DNA of 64,000 nucleotides from Felis catus (Eukaryota): the NCBI RefSeq assembly GCF_018350175.1, contig NC_058369.1, positions 9,240,001 to 9,304,000 of the forward strand, in the 5' to 3' direction. A model generated the notes under the pieces. It did no database searches. It was given only the letters and a program-made list of their open reading frames with translations, and was not told the DNA's origin. A program made the translations under genes and the position numbers. Positions 36,886 to 49,892 of the stretch are shown here, in pieces. The number at the start of each line of letters is the position of its first letter. The stretch's first letter is position 1.

Positions 36886-37098
36886 GAAGACGGAGAACGT
36901 TGAAAAAAATGTTCCTCACCCCGGTTGCTGAGTTAGGAGGCGCTGCCTTGAGTCTCTCACTCTCCTCACCCTGGTCCTGGCCCTGCTCCTACCCCGTTCT
37001 CCCCTTTCCTCTGGCTCCTCAGTGCTCTCTGTCTGACCAGCGGCCCCCGCCCCCCACTGTCGCCCATCGTGGCCCCCCACCCGCCTCCTAGGCCCTGA

Positions 37099-37467
<369 letters not shown>

Positions 37468-37689
37468 TAGGGGTCTGTGTATGATGCCGGGGTCTGTCTG
37501 TCTGTCACGGTCTAGAGAAGGGCGGGGCAGTGGCTGGGCCCACCTTGCTCGGGCTCCTTGCCCCGCCCTTGGTCTCTGTTCCCCCGGTAGGAGTGTATCC
37601 GTGATCTATCCGACCCGACCTGGGCTCCTTGCCTCCTAACACCCCTCTCAAAACCTCAGGGCTGCAGGGATTTGGTAGGTTCTAGACCA

Positions 37690-37870
37690 ACGTTTCCCGG
37701 CCTTGGCACTGCTAGCATTTGGGGCTGTTCATTCTCTGTTCTGTGGAGCTGTGTCCTCTGTGGCCCCTACCCACTCAATGCCAGCAGCATCACCCCCTCC
37801 CAGCCCCGATGACCAGGATGTCTCCAGACTTCAGTGGGCCCCAGGGGCATCATTGTTTCCTGGTGAGAAG
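37690..37870 (-). mobile_element. MER20-like relic
   Basis: ccttggcactgctagcatttgggg..cctacccactcaatgccagcagca..atgtctccagac. Confidence 0.65.
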
Positions 37871-39404
37871 GCCTGAGTAGAGGAAAGGCCCCCTGCCACG
37901 GGAGCTGTTCGGAGTCTCCTGTTGGCAGAACTCTTAACAAGAGTTTCCCAGGCCAGTCACTGTTCTGGAGCAAAGCCCTTGCGCTCCCCAGCCTAGAAGA
38001 GACACTGGTTCCCCCATGGAGCTCTGCCGCCCCACTGCCCTTGTCCGTCGGCAAGCCCCAGGGCCCGGTGGCTGACCAGCAGAAACAAAGGCCACTCAGC
38101 AAAGGGCTTATTCCAGACAGTGCTGGGCCACAGGTGACCCTTCAGTGGGACAGTGGTTCTGCCTTAGTCCCTGGGAGACCACTCTGGCTTGGGACACGGG
38201 TGGTCTCTAGACCTCTGCGAAGGTTCTAGAGCCCCAGCAGCACACTGCGCTGTGAGAAGGCCCAGTTCCTCTCCCTGCCACTGGTCCAGGCTGGAAACCT
38301 GCTGTGAGAGGTCAGGTGGGGTGGGGTGGGACGGGGGGGATGCTCAAAGGGCCGTGGTGGGGAAAGGCGTTCGGAAGCCCGTGCCAGAGGCAGCCCGGGG
38401 AGAGCCGTGGGCGGCTCTTGGCGACTCAGCCCAGTACTGCCTCGGGGCGCCCTGTGCAGAGTGGGCATTTTCTAAGTGCTGGTGTATTGATTTGGGGCAG
38501 GGCTACAGCTCGGCCTGCTCGCTCTCGCTGTCCAGAATGGAAGCCAGTCCCCTTCCGTCTCCTGTTCTCCCTCCTTCTGCTTTCCCTGTTCCCTTTTCCC
38601 CTTTTCCCCTTTTCCCTGTGAGGTCTTCTCTTGCTGGCTCTGTAGCTCCTTAGCACATTCGGAGCCTTACCCACCTCTCTGGACAAGCTCTGTCCACTTT
38701 CAGGGGCATGGAGGGAGAGGTGGCCATGACCCCCGACAGCTACGATACCTCCTTCCGAGATGCCAGCCGAGTCTGCGGGAGCCGCCAGCCCACGTCCCAG
38801 TGTCCAAGAGGCCTGGGGTCTGGATTATGGATCAGAGAGGCCAGAAGCTCCACCTTGCCTGGCTTCTCGCCCACAGAGGCAGCTGGGGTTTGGAATCAAA
38901 ATGAGACTGACCTGAAGGACCATTTTAGCCCGGAGAGCCAAACCTAAACCCACAGGACCTTCGAGAATATGGGTCAGTCCGTCTTTAAGCATCCTGATGC
39001 TGGCTGGGTCCTGAGCCTCTCCCTTGACTTGACCATTCAAGATTAAGCGCTCACTGGGTCCAGAAGTTTTCCTCTCAAGGCAGATGCTTGCTCCGTGGAT
39101 AAAACACTGCAGACAGGAGGGCCAACAGTCACCCTGGTTAAACAGAGAGGCTAGCCTGGCTGGGGAGTCTCTCTGGGTTTCCTCCTGTGGCCCGTTGTGC
39201 CAAGAGCCGGGGTTGGGGGTGGGGGGCGGTAGGGAGGAGGGTTGTCTTCAGTGAGCCTGCTCCATGGGGCTCAGCTTCTGAGAGGAGGCTAGAGACGTCA
39301 CCAGGCTATGGAGGAGGACAGAGCCAGAGGCCCCAGACTCCGCAGCTGACCTGGTGACAGGGAGTGGCAGTAGCAGGCTGCACTTGTTCCGTGGCTACCT
39401 CCAG

Positions 39405-39585
39405 AGCAATAGTTCTGGCTTAGCATGCAAGAGACTCACCTCTAGGGCCCACTAACACACAGCTGCCTGGGCCTCGCCTGATCTTGATTCAGCAGGTCCA
39501 GGGTGGGGCCAAGAATCCGCACTTCTCCCCAAGTTCCCCAGGGATGCTGCTTCTGGTCGGGCGACCCCGCTTTGAGACTCACTGA
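39405..39585 (+). mobile_element. MER5A-like relic
   Basis: gattcagcaggtccagggtggggccaagaatccgcacttc..aagttccccagggatgctgct..ctttgagactcactg. Confidence 0.65.
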
Positions 39586-40912
39586 TCTAAAGCCTGAAGG
39601 AGTAAGTTCCTCACCTCTTTGAGAATCTGGAGTTACAGACCATCTTTGCAGAAAAATACACGCGCCCAGAAATGTTAACCGTTTGCAGAAGGGTTCCAGG
39701 CACCCCTGTGTTCATCCTCGGACCACAGCGCGAGCCCCTAATTGAGAAGCGCCAAATCACTGACGGCCAAGGCCAAGTGGCGACACCGCTCGGAGGAGAC
39801 ACAAAGGGCAGAAGGAGGATGCCTGGTTCGCTGTATTTTCTGGCAGAGAAGAGACGACGAAGCGAACGCGATGGAGAGGTCACAGGGCCTGATGGGATGG
39901 CGGGAAGACTGGTCGTAGCTCGGCCGCATCCAGCAGCGCCTGAGCAGCCAGGCCTGCGTCTTCACCTGTCAGAGGAGAATGAAGAGCTATCCCAGCCTCC
40001 AGGTTCCTTCTAGCTTTTAACTCCTGAGGTTTTCAGGCACCACAAAATCACAAGACCTTGCGATTTTAAAACCTCAACTTGTACCCCAATCAGAGCTGAG
40101 ACATCCTAGCCTGCTTGGAAGTAGCTTCCAGAAACTAAATGTCGTACATCAGCGGTTTTCAACGTCCGGCCGTATGGGGCTGGGATTGGCTTTATCAAGT
40201 GCGATTAACGATTTAGATCCTCCTGAGGGGAGACAGGGTCTGAGGACTAGGAGGAGGCTCGGGCCACCCTATGGGAGCAAGGGCTGCCTGGAAGGCCACG
40301 TGTCCCAGCTCCTTGGGGGCCCAAGCTCAGGATGGCCTGGCCTGAAGGAGTGAGGCTGTGATCTGTTGGGATTGTCTGTTTCCTGCCCTGATGTTGCATA
40401 GGCACAAGATAGGCTGTAGAAATGGGGAAAGGCAGATGCCGTGTGCATTTCAGCCTCACCCCTGGAGGGCTGGAGACCCCTGCCCTCTGGCCTGTGCTTT
40501 TGCCTGTTTCTGAAATGACACCTGGCACAAAGGGTCTCCAGCCCAGGACACAAACAGGGACCAGCAGCCCCGGCTTGCTTTGGTCAGGGGCCTCTGAGCG
40601 CGCAGGAAAGATGAAGTCAAGGGAACCGTATGGAGGGATGGTGTTAGACCTTGGTGTCGGTCATCAGAGGTGAAGGGTAGTGGGTAGAACAGCCAGAGTT
40701 CAGAAGGGTATGGCCTGCACGAGTCAGCCATGGGGCTCAACGGTTTAAAGTGCGGCCGGATGGACGAGTGGATTCAACTCAGTCAGTGGGACTTGACAGG
40801 TGCCGCATGGGCCACGCAGAGGTGGTAGTCCGCAGGCTTGTTGGGGAGCCTGGGAGGCAGCCTACTTCAAAGGCTCCGGTGGAGGTCAAGAGCATCTTAG
40901 AAAACAGGGGCA

Positions 40913-41143
40913 GGGGCGCCTGGGTGGCTCAGTCGGTTAAGCGTCCGACTTCAGCTCAGGTCACGATCTCGCGGTCCGTGAGTTCGAGCCCCACGTCGGG
41001 CTCTGGGCTGACGGCTCGGAGCCTGGAGCCTGCTTCCGATTCTGTGTCTCCCTCTCTCTCTGCCCCTCCCCCGTCCATGCTCTGTCTCTCTCTGTCTCAA
41101 AAATAAATAAACATTTAAAAAAATTAAAAAAAAAAAAAAAAAA
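40913..41143 (+). mobile_element. SINEC_Fc-like felid SINE, young copy
   Basis: Near-consensus full length, long A tail; imperfect TSD agaaaacaggggca / agaaaacgggca. Confidence 0.93.
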
Positions 41144-41539
41144 GAAAACGGGCAGAGAGAGATGGATGGTGGCTTAGGGTATCTGGCTGGCCCCACGTCG
41201 GGGACCGTGTTTTCTGGGCAGGCCTTGAAGGGCGTGGGAAGGGGTGTTGTAGACAGGACATTCTGCAGGGAGCGCGTGTGCAACTCCTGCTCAGGCTGTG
41301 TTCCGGAAACCCCAGGTGGTCGGCAGTGGGATGTACGTGGCGGGAAGGGAGTGTAGGGGCATGAATGGTGGAGACCCCCCGTTTGGGCTCCACCACATGG
41401 GCCTTGAATGCCCAACTGGGGAGCTTGTATTTTGTGTTACACGCGGTCAGAGCTGTGGAAAGGAAGGGGAGAAGCCCGAGAACCTTTGGATTTGGAGAAG
41501 AGGGTTGGGATGAGCCTGCTGGAAAGAATCTATAGGATC

Positions 41540-41710
41540 CCTAGAATCAGACAGACACGGTTGTGAGTTTCAGGCCTCACCAGTTACAGCTGGGTGACTT
41601 TGGAGAAACCGCTTAGCTGCACAGAGCCTCAGTTTCCCCAGTTGTGAAAGGGGGGAGAATGGAGCTCCCCTTGCATCAGGGATTCCCACCCGTGACACTA
41701 TTAACGATTG
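41540..41710 (+). mobile_element. MIR relic
   Basis: agctgggtgactttgg..gagcctcagtttcccca MIR core. Confidence 0.65.
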
Positions 41711-41774
41711 GATCGTTGCGCCTTTATCCTGGGGGCCATCTCGTGGGCCGCAGGGTGTATAGGAGCAGCCCCGG

Positions 41775-41870
41775 CCCCCAGATGCCAGCAGCACCCCCCT
41801 CCCCAAGTTTTGCTACCCAGAATGTCTCCAGACATTGCCAGTGTCCCCTGCCGGGGCAGAATCCACCGCA
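41775..41870 (-). mobile_element. MER20-like fragment
   Basis: agatgccagcagcaccc..aatgtctccagacattgccagtgtcccctg. Confidence 0.75.
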
Positions 41871-42922
41871 CCGTCCCTGCCCCAAGCAAAAAGTGCTGCC
41901 TTACTGGGTCTGAGGATTGGACGGAACGTGAGTCAAGTGCCTCGTACAGAGCTAGGCCGAGACCCTGGGCTAACGAGTACACCGTTGGCATAGGGGAGAC
42001 CCCTTGGGAGTCTCATTGTCCTAGTCCGGGTGAAACCAGGGAGGGTAGAAGTTGGGCTGGCTGGAGACGTCAAGGGAGTGGACTCCACAGGGTCCGCCCA
42101 CCAGCAGAAGAAGGAGCGCAGGAAGCTCCCAAGGTCTCACACCTGGGTGGCTGGGTGGCAGAACATCGCCCCTCGGGACAGGGGCCCGTTCAGGACCCAG
42201 AGGTCTGGCCCAGCCCAGGCAGTAGGTGGTGGTTGAGAGCGCCGCCCGGAGCGGTGGGAGATGCGTGTCCGGAGCTCCAGGGAGGCCTCTCCAGGGAAGC
42301 TGTGCTCCGCCCCTCCCTGTGGTGCCTTCGCCCCCCTGAATCCCAGAGGCCGACGCACCCAAGGCCACGTCCGGGCCTGGGGAGGAAACTTGAATCTCAG
42401 GCGCCAGAGAGGGAAGAAAGACAAGGAGTGGACCTGGTGAGCGGGCAGCCCAGGCTTCCGAGGGCACTGGACACGGAAGTCCTCTCAAAGAGCCTCGTGG
42501 GAACCGGAGCAGCGATGGATTTTCCTCTCGGGCCGTTCTGTAGAGAAGAGGCCGGCACCCCGGGATCCTCAGGCTGCCGGAGCCAAGGGCGAGCCCCCCA
42601 GCGCCCAGCATCTCCCCAGGCCGCGATGTGGGATGGACGCTGGAGGGCCTGTAGTTCTTGGCTGGGTCAGCCGGCCCCACCCCGGGGGCCCACAGAGGGA
42701 GGCATGCGTGTGTTTTCCGGGGACAGTGTGTGTGGGGTGGGGGCGAGCTGGCGCATCTTACCTGCTGAGGGAGAAGGTCTTCAAGAGCGTGAGAGTTCTA
42801 GGCGCAGCTGCTTATATGGCTAGGTGACATGTTTTAGTACCTAAAACATGTTCCCTGAGAAATAACAGACCACTCGTCGGACGCCCCCTTTCGTCCCTCC
42901 CTCAACTTCAAAAGAGGACCAC

Positions 42923-42953
<31 letters not shown>

Positions 42954-43142
42954 AGAAACACCTGAGAGACCAAATAGAAGCCTCACACCCTCACCCACCC
43001 TGTGCCCCGGAGGAGAGGACCCCATCCTGCATCTTCTACCGGGAGCGCCCGCTCTCAGGAGCGAGCTGGCGTGGCCGCGCAGGGGAGCGTGTGTCTGTGT
43101 GTGATGTGCCTTCATGCGTCACTCTATTTATGTTGTTCGCAG

Positions 43143-43290
43143 CCCAACGGTAGCGGCCAGGGCAAAGTCCCGGGGTCATTTTTGCTACCGCCGCCGCCTC
43201 CAGTGGCCAGACCTGTGCCCCTTCCTATGCCTGATTCCAAATCCACCAGCACTGCCCCAGACGGCGCCGCCTTGACTCCTCCATCACCTT
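43143..43290 (+). CDS. NFIX: NFIX exon 9, frame-shifting cassette ([49 protein letters not shown])
   Basis: ttcgcag| 148 nt |gtaagt; proline-rich transactivation region. Confidence 0.96.
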
Positions 43291-45314
43291 GTAAGTGGAC
43301 GATGAAACCGAAACCACAACGCCCAGCATCCCTGGCCCATCCAAACAGTCTCCACTGCAAAAAGAAAAACCCCTGCCCCGCCCACCGCCAAAGCACCCCA
43401 ACCCAGAGCGCCATGGAGCCTCCCACCCGGACAAGAGCAGAGCTGAGCCCCCCAGTCACACGGCCTCCTGGGCCTCAGTTGCACCAGCCAGCACCCCACA
43501 AGCCCCCCCCTGCCCACCCGCGGCTCCCAGCCGGGGCGCCCCCCCCTCCCCCCGGCCCAGGCCCCTCCCGGGGGCGGGAGGGGGAGCACAGTGGGGCACG
43601 CAGGCCAGGGGTGCTGGCCAGGGTGGGAGGGGGGTGGGAGGCGCAGCCATGCCATCTTCATGCCTGATTGCTGTTTTTTTTTCATTTTTCGTTTTTTTTT
43701 TTGTTTTTTGATTTTTGTTGTTTCGTTGTGCCCCGCTACACCAAAAAAAAAAAAAAAAAAAAATGTGACCACAAGGCGACGCCACCACCATCCCCTTTTG
43801 GCCTTGCGCCCTCACCTCCATTCGGGGGGCCCGTGGGCCTCTGACGGTACAGCAGGCCAGCCCCTGACCTCCTCCCCTTCAATCTCACATTTGGTTTCTC
43901 GTTGTTCCTCCTTTTTTTCCTCCCCCCTTCCCATCCCTGTCCCTTCCCCAGGTTGAATGTTCCAAGGACAAGGGCGGGCTCTGGGCCTTGGCTTCCTTCA
44001 TCTCTCTCTCTCTGTCTCTCTCTTTTAACCAATGACAAATTTTGTCAAAGGGAAAAGAAAATGTGAGTTGAGAGGCCCAAGGTAGACCCGACGCGTGAAG
44101 GACAGGAGAGGTGGAGGGTGGGCAGCGTGCCGTCTCCGGGCAGCGGGGTGGGCAGCACTTTGGGCGCCCTGGGGGCTGGCAGGACTTCCTGGTCAGCAGT
44201 GGGAGGGGCGGCCCATCTCACTTTTCTCCGTCTCGCGCTCTCTGTTGCCTTCTTTCTCATGGTTTGAGTTCTTTTCCCCTTTCCATCCTCTTCATGCCAT
44301 CTTCCCATCTGCATCCGCCATAAGACACGAAGTCATGGTCATGGTCATTGGAGGTGGGCAGGGTGGGGGGAGGAGGCGCCAGGCTGCAGGGTGGCGGTGG
44401 GGGGGGGGGCACCCTGGACAGAATCTGGTGAGCACGCAGTCCCTGGAGTGTGTCTGGTGGGGAGGGTGTGTGGGGGCGGGGGGGGGATCCCCAGCAGCCT
44501 GTGACACTCCTTGTCCCTTCTGGGGACGTCTTCTCTACCGGGGGTGCAGGACCCATTCCCTCCCATGGGGCTCCAGCCAGAAAACCTGAGAAGAGCTCGG
44601 GGCCGTTTGGCTGCCCATCTGCCCCCCTCAGGCTCCAGAACAACCACCCCTGGGCACCGAAGCCCGAGGGTTCTGCCAGGCCCTCCAGCGTCCTCCTCCT
44701 CTGGTGCCTTGGCCCACCTCAGGCCCTGGGAACCACAGGACCTGGCTCATCCATCAGAGGACGAGAGCACCTGCTGGGCCTGAGCCTTGCCACCTGTGGG
44801 CCCGAGCTGGCAGCCGGCTCCTCTCTCTGACCCTGTCCCACCCCGCGCAGCCCTCTGTTGGGCCCCTTCAAATTCCCTGAGCCATCGGCCCCATCCTTGG
44901 GACTGCCCAGTGGGGTTGAGCGGTGCAGCACCCACCTAGCTGACCTGGTTGGAGAGGTGGCCTGGCTGAGCCGCCCTTCCCTGAGCAGGGTGGGGCCGGC
45001 CCGCCAGAGCTCCCACCCTCCCGCCCTCCCAGGCTCCCTCTTTCCGGACCCGGGAGGGTCGGTGGGAAAGCAAGGGTGCCTTGCCTCCGTGAAGGCTGTC
45101 CTCAGTCCTGCTCGGTGCCTGGCTAGGGAACAGAACAGGGTCGGCTGAAGCCTCCAGGGCCCCTCCCTCACCCTGGGCCAGGAAAGAGGACGCCTGGCTG
45201 AGGCGGGGTGCTAGGGGTGGGGGACGGAGTGTGCTCCTGGTCAGTGAGAGGATGATGGGACCCCTCCGGCCTGTCCTTCCCACTGCCAGCCTAAGCCCTG
45301 GCAGCGTGGTCTAA

Positions 45315-45502
<188 letters not shown>

Positions 45503-48149
45503 GTAGGAGGCCCCACCCACGCTGTGGATGTGGGCAAGGGGCAGGGGAGAGGGGGGGCGCCGCACCGGCAGCGGCGGGGGCATCTGGGGAAGAGGCCGGT
45601 TCCTTGGGGCCAATCCGGGAGAAAGGGCCAGGGCAGGGCTGGAGGGCCCGGGCTTCTGCGCGCCCAGCTGAGCCTGCCTCCCCAGGCAGCCCCCAGGTCC
45701 TCTGGCTAATCAGCTAATTGGATAATTAGCTCTGACAGCCCCGGCCCTGGGGAAGGCGGCCAAAGACCTGAGGCTAGAGGCGCTCTGGGCCAGGCCTGGT
45801 GGGAGCCCGAGGCCCCGTCAGGAAGAGGACAGCGTCTGCCTGTTGCTCTCCTCCCGCTCCAGCTGGAAGCCCTGGCCCCCAGCCCTCCTTTCTTCCTTGG
45901 CTTTGGGTGGGCTGGGCGAGGGGTGGAGGAGGGACAGAGCCGTCCTGGTGGGCTGCGTGCCCAGAGACTCTGGCACCCAGGGTAGGGCAGGGCCTGTTGC
46001 CACCCTGGAGGCCCCTCCCTCAAGTCCCCATGAATCCCGTTAGAGGGGAGGCTGGGCTGCCGGAGCCTCCAGTCCGGCTCCCCGTCTGTCCCCGGTCCTC
46101 ACAAGGAAACCTCCAGCCCTCCTGCTGGAATCCCCTGGATCCGGCTTTGTACAGGCATCCGTGCACACACACGCATGTGGGCCCCCGCCTCCCTGTGCCT
46201 GTCCCCAAGAGGCTGGGAATAGCCCACGGGGCCCAGGGCCCCGGGGTGCAGGGAGGACCCACCTCAGGAGCCGGGCAGAGACAGCTTTTACAGCGCGGGG
46301 CTTCTCGGAAAAGAACATGCAAATATCTTTCTCTTTTTCGCGGTTTGCAAAAACATCACCCTGTGAGCCCAAGGCCTTGGAGGCTTTCTCAGCCCCAGGA
46401 AATCCACCTCAGCCCAGGGCCCCAGGGCCACCTCTTTTGGCCCCTGCTCCTTTACTGCTCTGAGGCCTGAGTCCAGAGAAAGTTGGTGGATGGAAGTTTT
46501 GTGTGTGTGGTTTGAGGTTTTGTTTTTTTTTTTTTTTTTTCCCTTTTCCTTTCCCTCCCTCAAAAAAAAAAAAAAAAAAAGCCAAAAAAAAAGCCAAAAA
46601 ACTTTGTCAAACTTCAAACTTCAGAGCTCCCTAGTGGCAAGGAGGGGAGGGGAGGGGAACTTCAACCCCCTCCAGCTTCCCACCCCCTTTCCCCAGAGTC
46701 ACGTCTGACCCGTCTGGTTTCCAGGAGCAACCAGACATGATGTAACACCCAGATGAACTTGAACTTGGGGGTGTTGAGAAGAAAAACAATGGCTCCGAGC
46801 AGGGGCTGGAGCCAGCCCCCTCCGCTGCTCTGTGCCAGGGAGGCAGAGAGAGCCCTGCTGGCAGAGGGCGGGAGGGGGTACCAGAGGAAGGGACAGCAGG
46901 CGGGCCTCCCCTCCTGGCTGCGGGCCGGCACCAGGCAGCAGGGCTGCGTCGCACTCTCGCCCTCCCTCCCTCCCTCCCCTCCCTCCCTCCCTCCGCCCCA
47001 GCCGCCTATAGCTCTGACTGTGTTACTTGCTCACTCTTGGGGACCACGGCCCCGGCCTCCCCCACTCACCCTGTTTCCGCCTCCGTGTGCTTTCCCTTCT
47101 TCACTTTCTCTGCGCACTTTGCTTAGACTTTGGGGCCAAGTCAGAGTTTGAGGCAAGTTTGGGAAACGGTCTTCCTCCCTCTTGTTTTGCAAGGGGCCTG
47201 GGCCCCGGGGCCCCGGCAGGCAGGTGTGTCTGGGGGTGCCGGTGGGGGAGACTGGAGCCGGACAGGGCCCAGCCGCCGAGAGAGCCCTTGGGCCTGGGGG
47301 CGGGCAGGCGACTGCAGCGGGCGCAGGGGGTACGGTGGGGGGCGGTTTCCACAGTAACCAGTGACTTTAGCTGATCTCTGGAGCACCAGATGGAGAGAGA
47401 ACAATAGAATGAGGGAAGAAAAGAGAATTTTAGCAATTTTGTCATTCCCTGGGCAGCGCTTTTTACTTAGTTTTAATCAATTTTGGACCTGGCTCAGGAA
47501 GCAGAGAGGGTGAGCAGAAAAAACCACTTTGTGCTTGGCAGCCGATGCCCCCCCCCCTTTCCTGGGATCCATGAGGAGGCACTGGGGAGCTTTCCTGGAA
47601 ACACCTTTGTCCCTAACTCCAGGCCTTGAACTGGAGTCGTCTTCCTCTGAGGGAGGGGGGCTCCCCCGTCCCGAGCACTGGTGGTTGTCCCCCTGCTGTG
47701 CAGCTCAGGGGACCCCAAGGGGACCAGCCTGGGGTCTGGGCCTGGTCCGACAAAGACAGGGGCCAGGCGGGCCCTCCGTGTCCCGGTTGTCCCCCGTCCC
47801 CTCCGTCACGGGGAGGGTGAGGACCAGGCTCGCACAGCCGTGGCGTGAGGGTTCCGGTGTGGTCTCCCCTGGGGAAGGGGGCTCCAAAGAACACCGAGGC
47901 CTGAGACCGCAGTGACCGGGGCTCACCGCAGACAGCTCCCCTACCTTCTCGGGCCGGGACTGGAAGCCCAGGGGCTAGCTGCCGACTCAGGCCCCGCCAA
48001 CAGCTCAGGGGGTGCCTTGTGCCTGGGTTTCCCCCACGCACGGCCACGTGTCCCACGAGCCTCCCTTTCGCCTTCAGTCAGCGGATGGGGCCGGGCGTCG
48101 GGCAGGTCCCCCGGGAGCCCCGCCGCACGACGGCCGGTCTCCTCCGTGC

Positions 48150-48255
48150 GTGCCGTCCAGCACATCGCAGGCGGTGAGCACCTCTGCCCGTCTGGTAAAT
48201 GCCAGCAGCACCCCAGCCATTGGGGCACCCCCAGAGCCCCATGTTTCCCAATGCC
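48150..48255 (-). mobile_element. MER20-like fragment
   Basis: aatgccagcagcaccccag..; weak match. Confidence 0.4.
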
Positions 48256-48259
48256 TTCC

Positions 48260-48460
48260 ATCTGCACCACCCACCCGGGCAGCCACTGGCCACGTGTGGC
48301 TGTTGAAGTTTAAATGAAATGACTAACTAGAGAAAACTTTTAGTCCCTCGGCCACACTAGCCCCATTTCAGTTGCTTAGAAGCCACCGCGCGGCTACTGG
48401 CTACCAGATCGGATAGAGCAAACGGGGAATGTTTCCGTCGTCACCGAAGGTTCTCGGTGA
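48260..48460. mobile_element. MER3-like hAT-Charlie relic
   Basis: agccactggccacgtgtggct..cacactagccccatttca..agccac..ggctactggctacc..tttccgtcgtcaccgaaggttct. Confidence 0.75.
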
Positions 48461-49877
48461 TCTTCCAGGCCCCTTCTGACACTAAAACTCCATGTGTTTA
48501 TCTCACAGTAGATGACAACCTGTGGTCCCCAGCCAGAGCCGGCGGGGCAGGCCCGGCCTGCAGGCATGATCTGTGTGTCTGAAACAAGTGTTGTTAAACA
48601 TCGACAACTTTCACATGAAAATCCGTCTGGCCTTTTGGCTTCTTTTGAAGAGTTGGCCGATCGGGCCCCCCCCCCCCCCAGGCCCTCACTCCAATGTGGC
48701 AGCCTTGGCCCTGGGCTCCCTGGGAGCATGCCACGTGAAGCAGTTAGGAGCATCGACTCTGAACTGTTCCCTGCATTTGAGTCCTGGCTAGGCCACGCGG
48801 GTGGGCGGTGTAGCCTCAGGCAGATCGGCCGCCCTCTCTTCATCTGGCTTCTGTGTGTGGTTGGAGCAAGGGGAGAATGGGTCACTACCCGGTGCGGGCT
48901 CTGTTAGCCCGGCTTGGCCCCTGCCGATCTGAGTCTGCGGCCCGGAGCCCCAGAGGGGCCCTGAAATACATTTTCAGGGACCCCTTTTTGGCCCCAAGGG
49001 TATTACCCAGGTACTGTAGGCCGGAGAGAACACGTCCCCCTTCCAGCCCTCCCCCACTGCCCCTTGGCCACAAGGTGGGGCCAGAGCCTCTGGTGGAGGG
49101 CATTGCCAGGCGGCCCGGCCTCCGGGTCAGGTGTGTTTTGTGAGCAGTAGCCACCGAGGCTCGTTTGTGGGAAGGTGGCTCCCCCTGCTGGCACCCTTAG
49201 GGAAGCCACTCCTGCCCCAGGGAGACTGCGGTCCTTCCCCAGCACCAGGTGCCCTGAGGATAGAGGATCAGGCACAGTGGGCTACAGAGCCCCTCCCCCA
49301 GGCCTGGTCCCGCTAGGGACTAAAGCCATGTGGCATCCCCCGCCCCCTCCCCAGCCTTTCAGCCTGTGGGACCTTGGCTGGGGAGTACAGACGGGAATTT
49401 CTGCTTTTAATCCAAAGAGACAGAAAGAAAACTCAGCAAGAAGCTGTGCCACCCCCCACCCCACTCCCAAAACCCCTCTGGGGACAAAAGCTCCAGCCTG
49501 GCATCCTCCCCACCCTCCAGGACCCACACAAAAACCTAAACAATTGGAAACATGGCCAGATCCCAGGTCTGTGCCTGTGCCAGCTTCAGCCACGGGGGTC
49601 CCACCCGCTGGGCACCGTGCCCACGGGAAGGCCAGCTGGACTCTGGCACTGGGGGCAGGGTCTCTTGGGGGCGGCAGGATTCCCATCGGAGGTACCGACA
49701 GAATGGGGAGGTACCTCTTCGTGGGGTGCCGGTGTCCTTGGCTCTGCTGGGACCGGGCCCTCCAGGGACCTTGGACACCGGCCTGCAGTCAGCTGGCCAG
49801 GTGGGGGCAAGAAGAGCGGTGCCCCCCCGCTCTTTTCAATGTCGCCTCTTTTTTTTTTTTTTTTTGTCCCGTTTCAG

Positions 49878-49892
49878 TCCTGGTTCCTCTGA
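49878..49892 (+). CDS. NFIX: NFIX exon 11 coding part (SWFL*)
   Basis: Poly-T..gtttcag|TCCTGGTTCCTCTGA; NFI-family QSW(F/Y)L terminus. Confidence 0.96.
   Translation, partial: SWFL

Noticed and set aside
41708..42823. 371-aa + strand ORF in NFIX intron 8
   Set aside because: Runs through MER20 and other repeat relics; low-complexity composition; no domain
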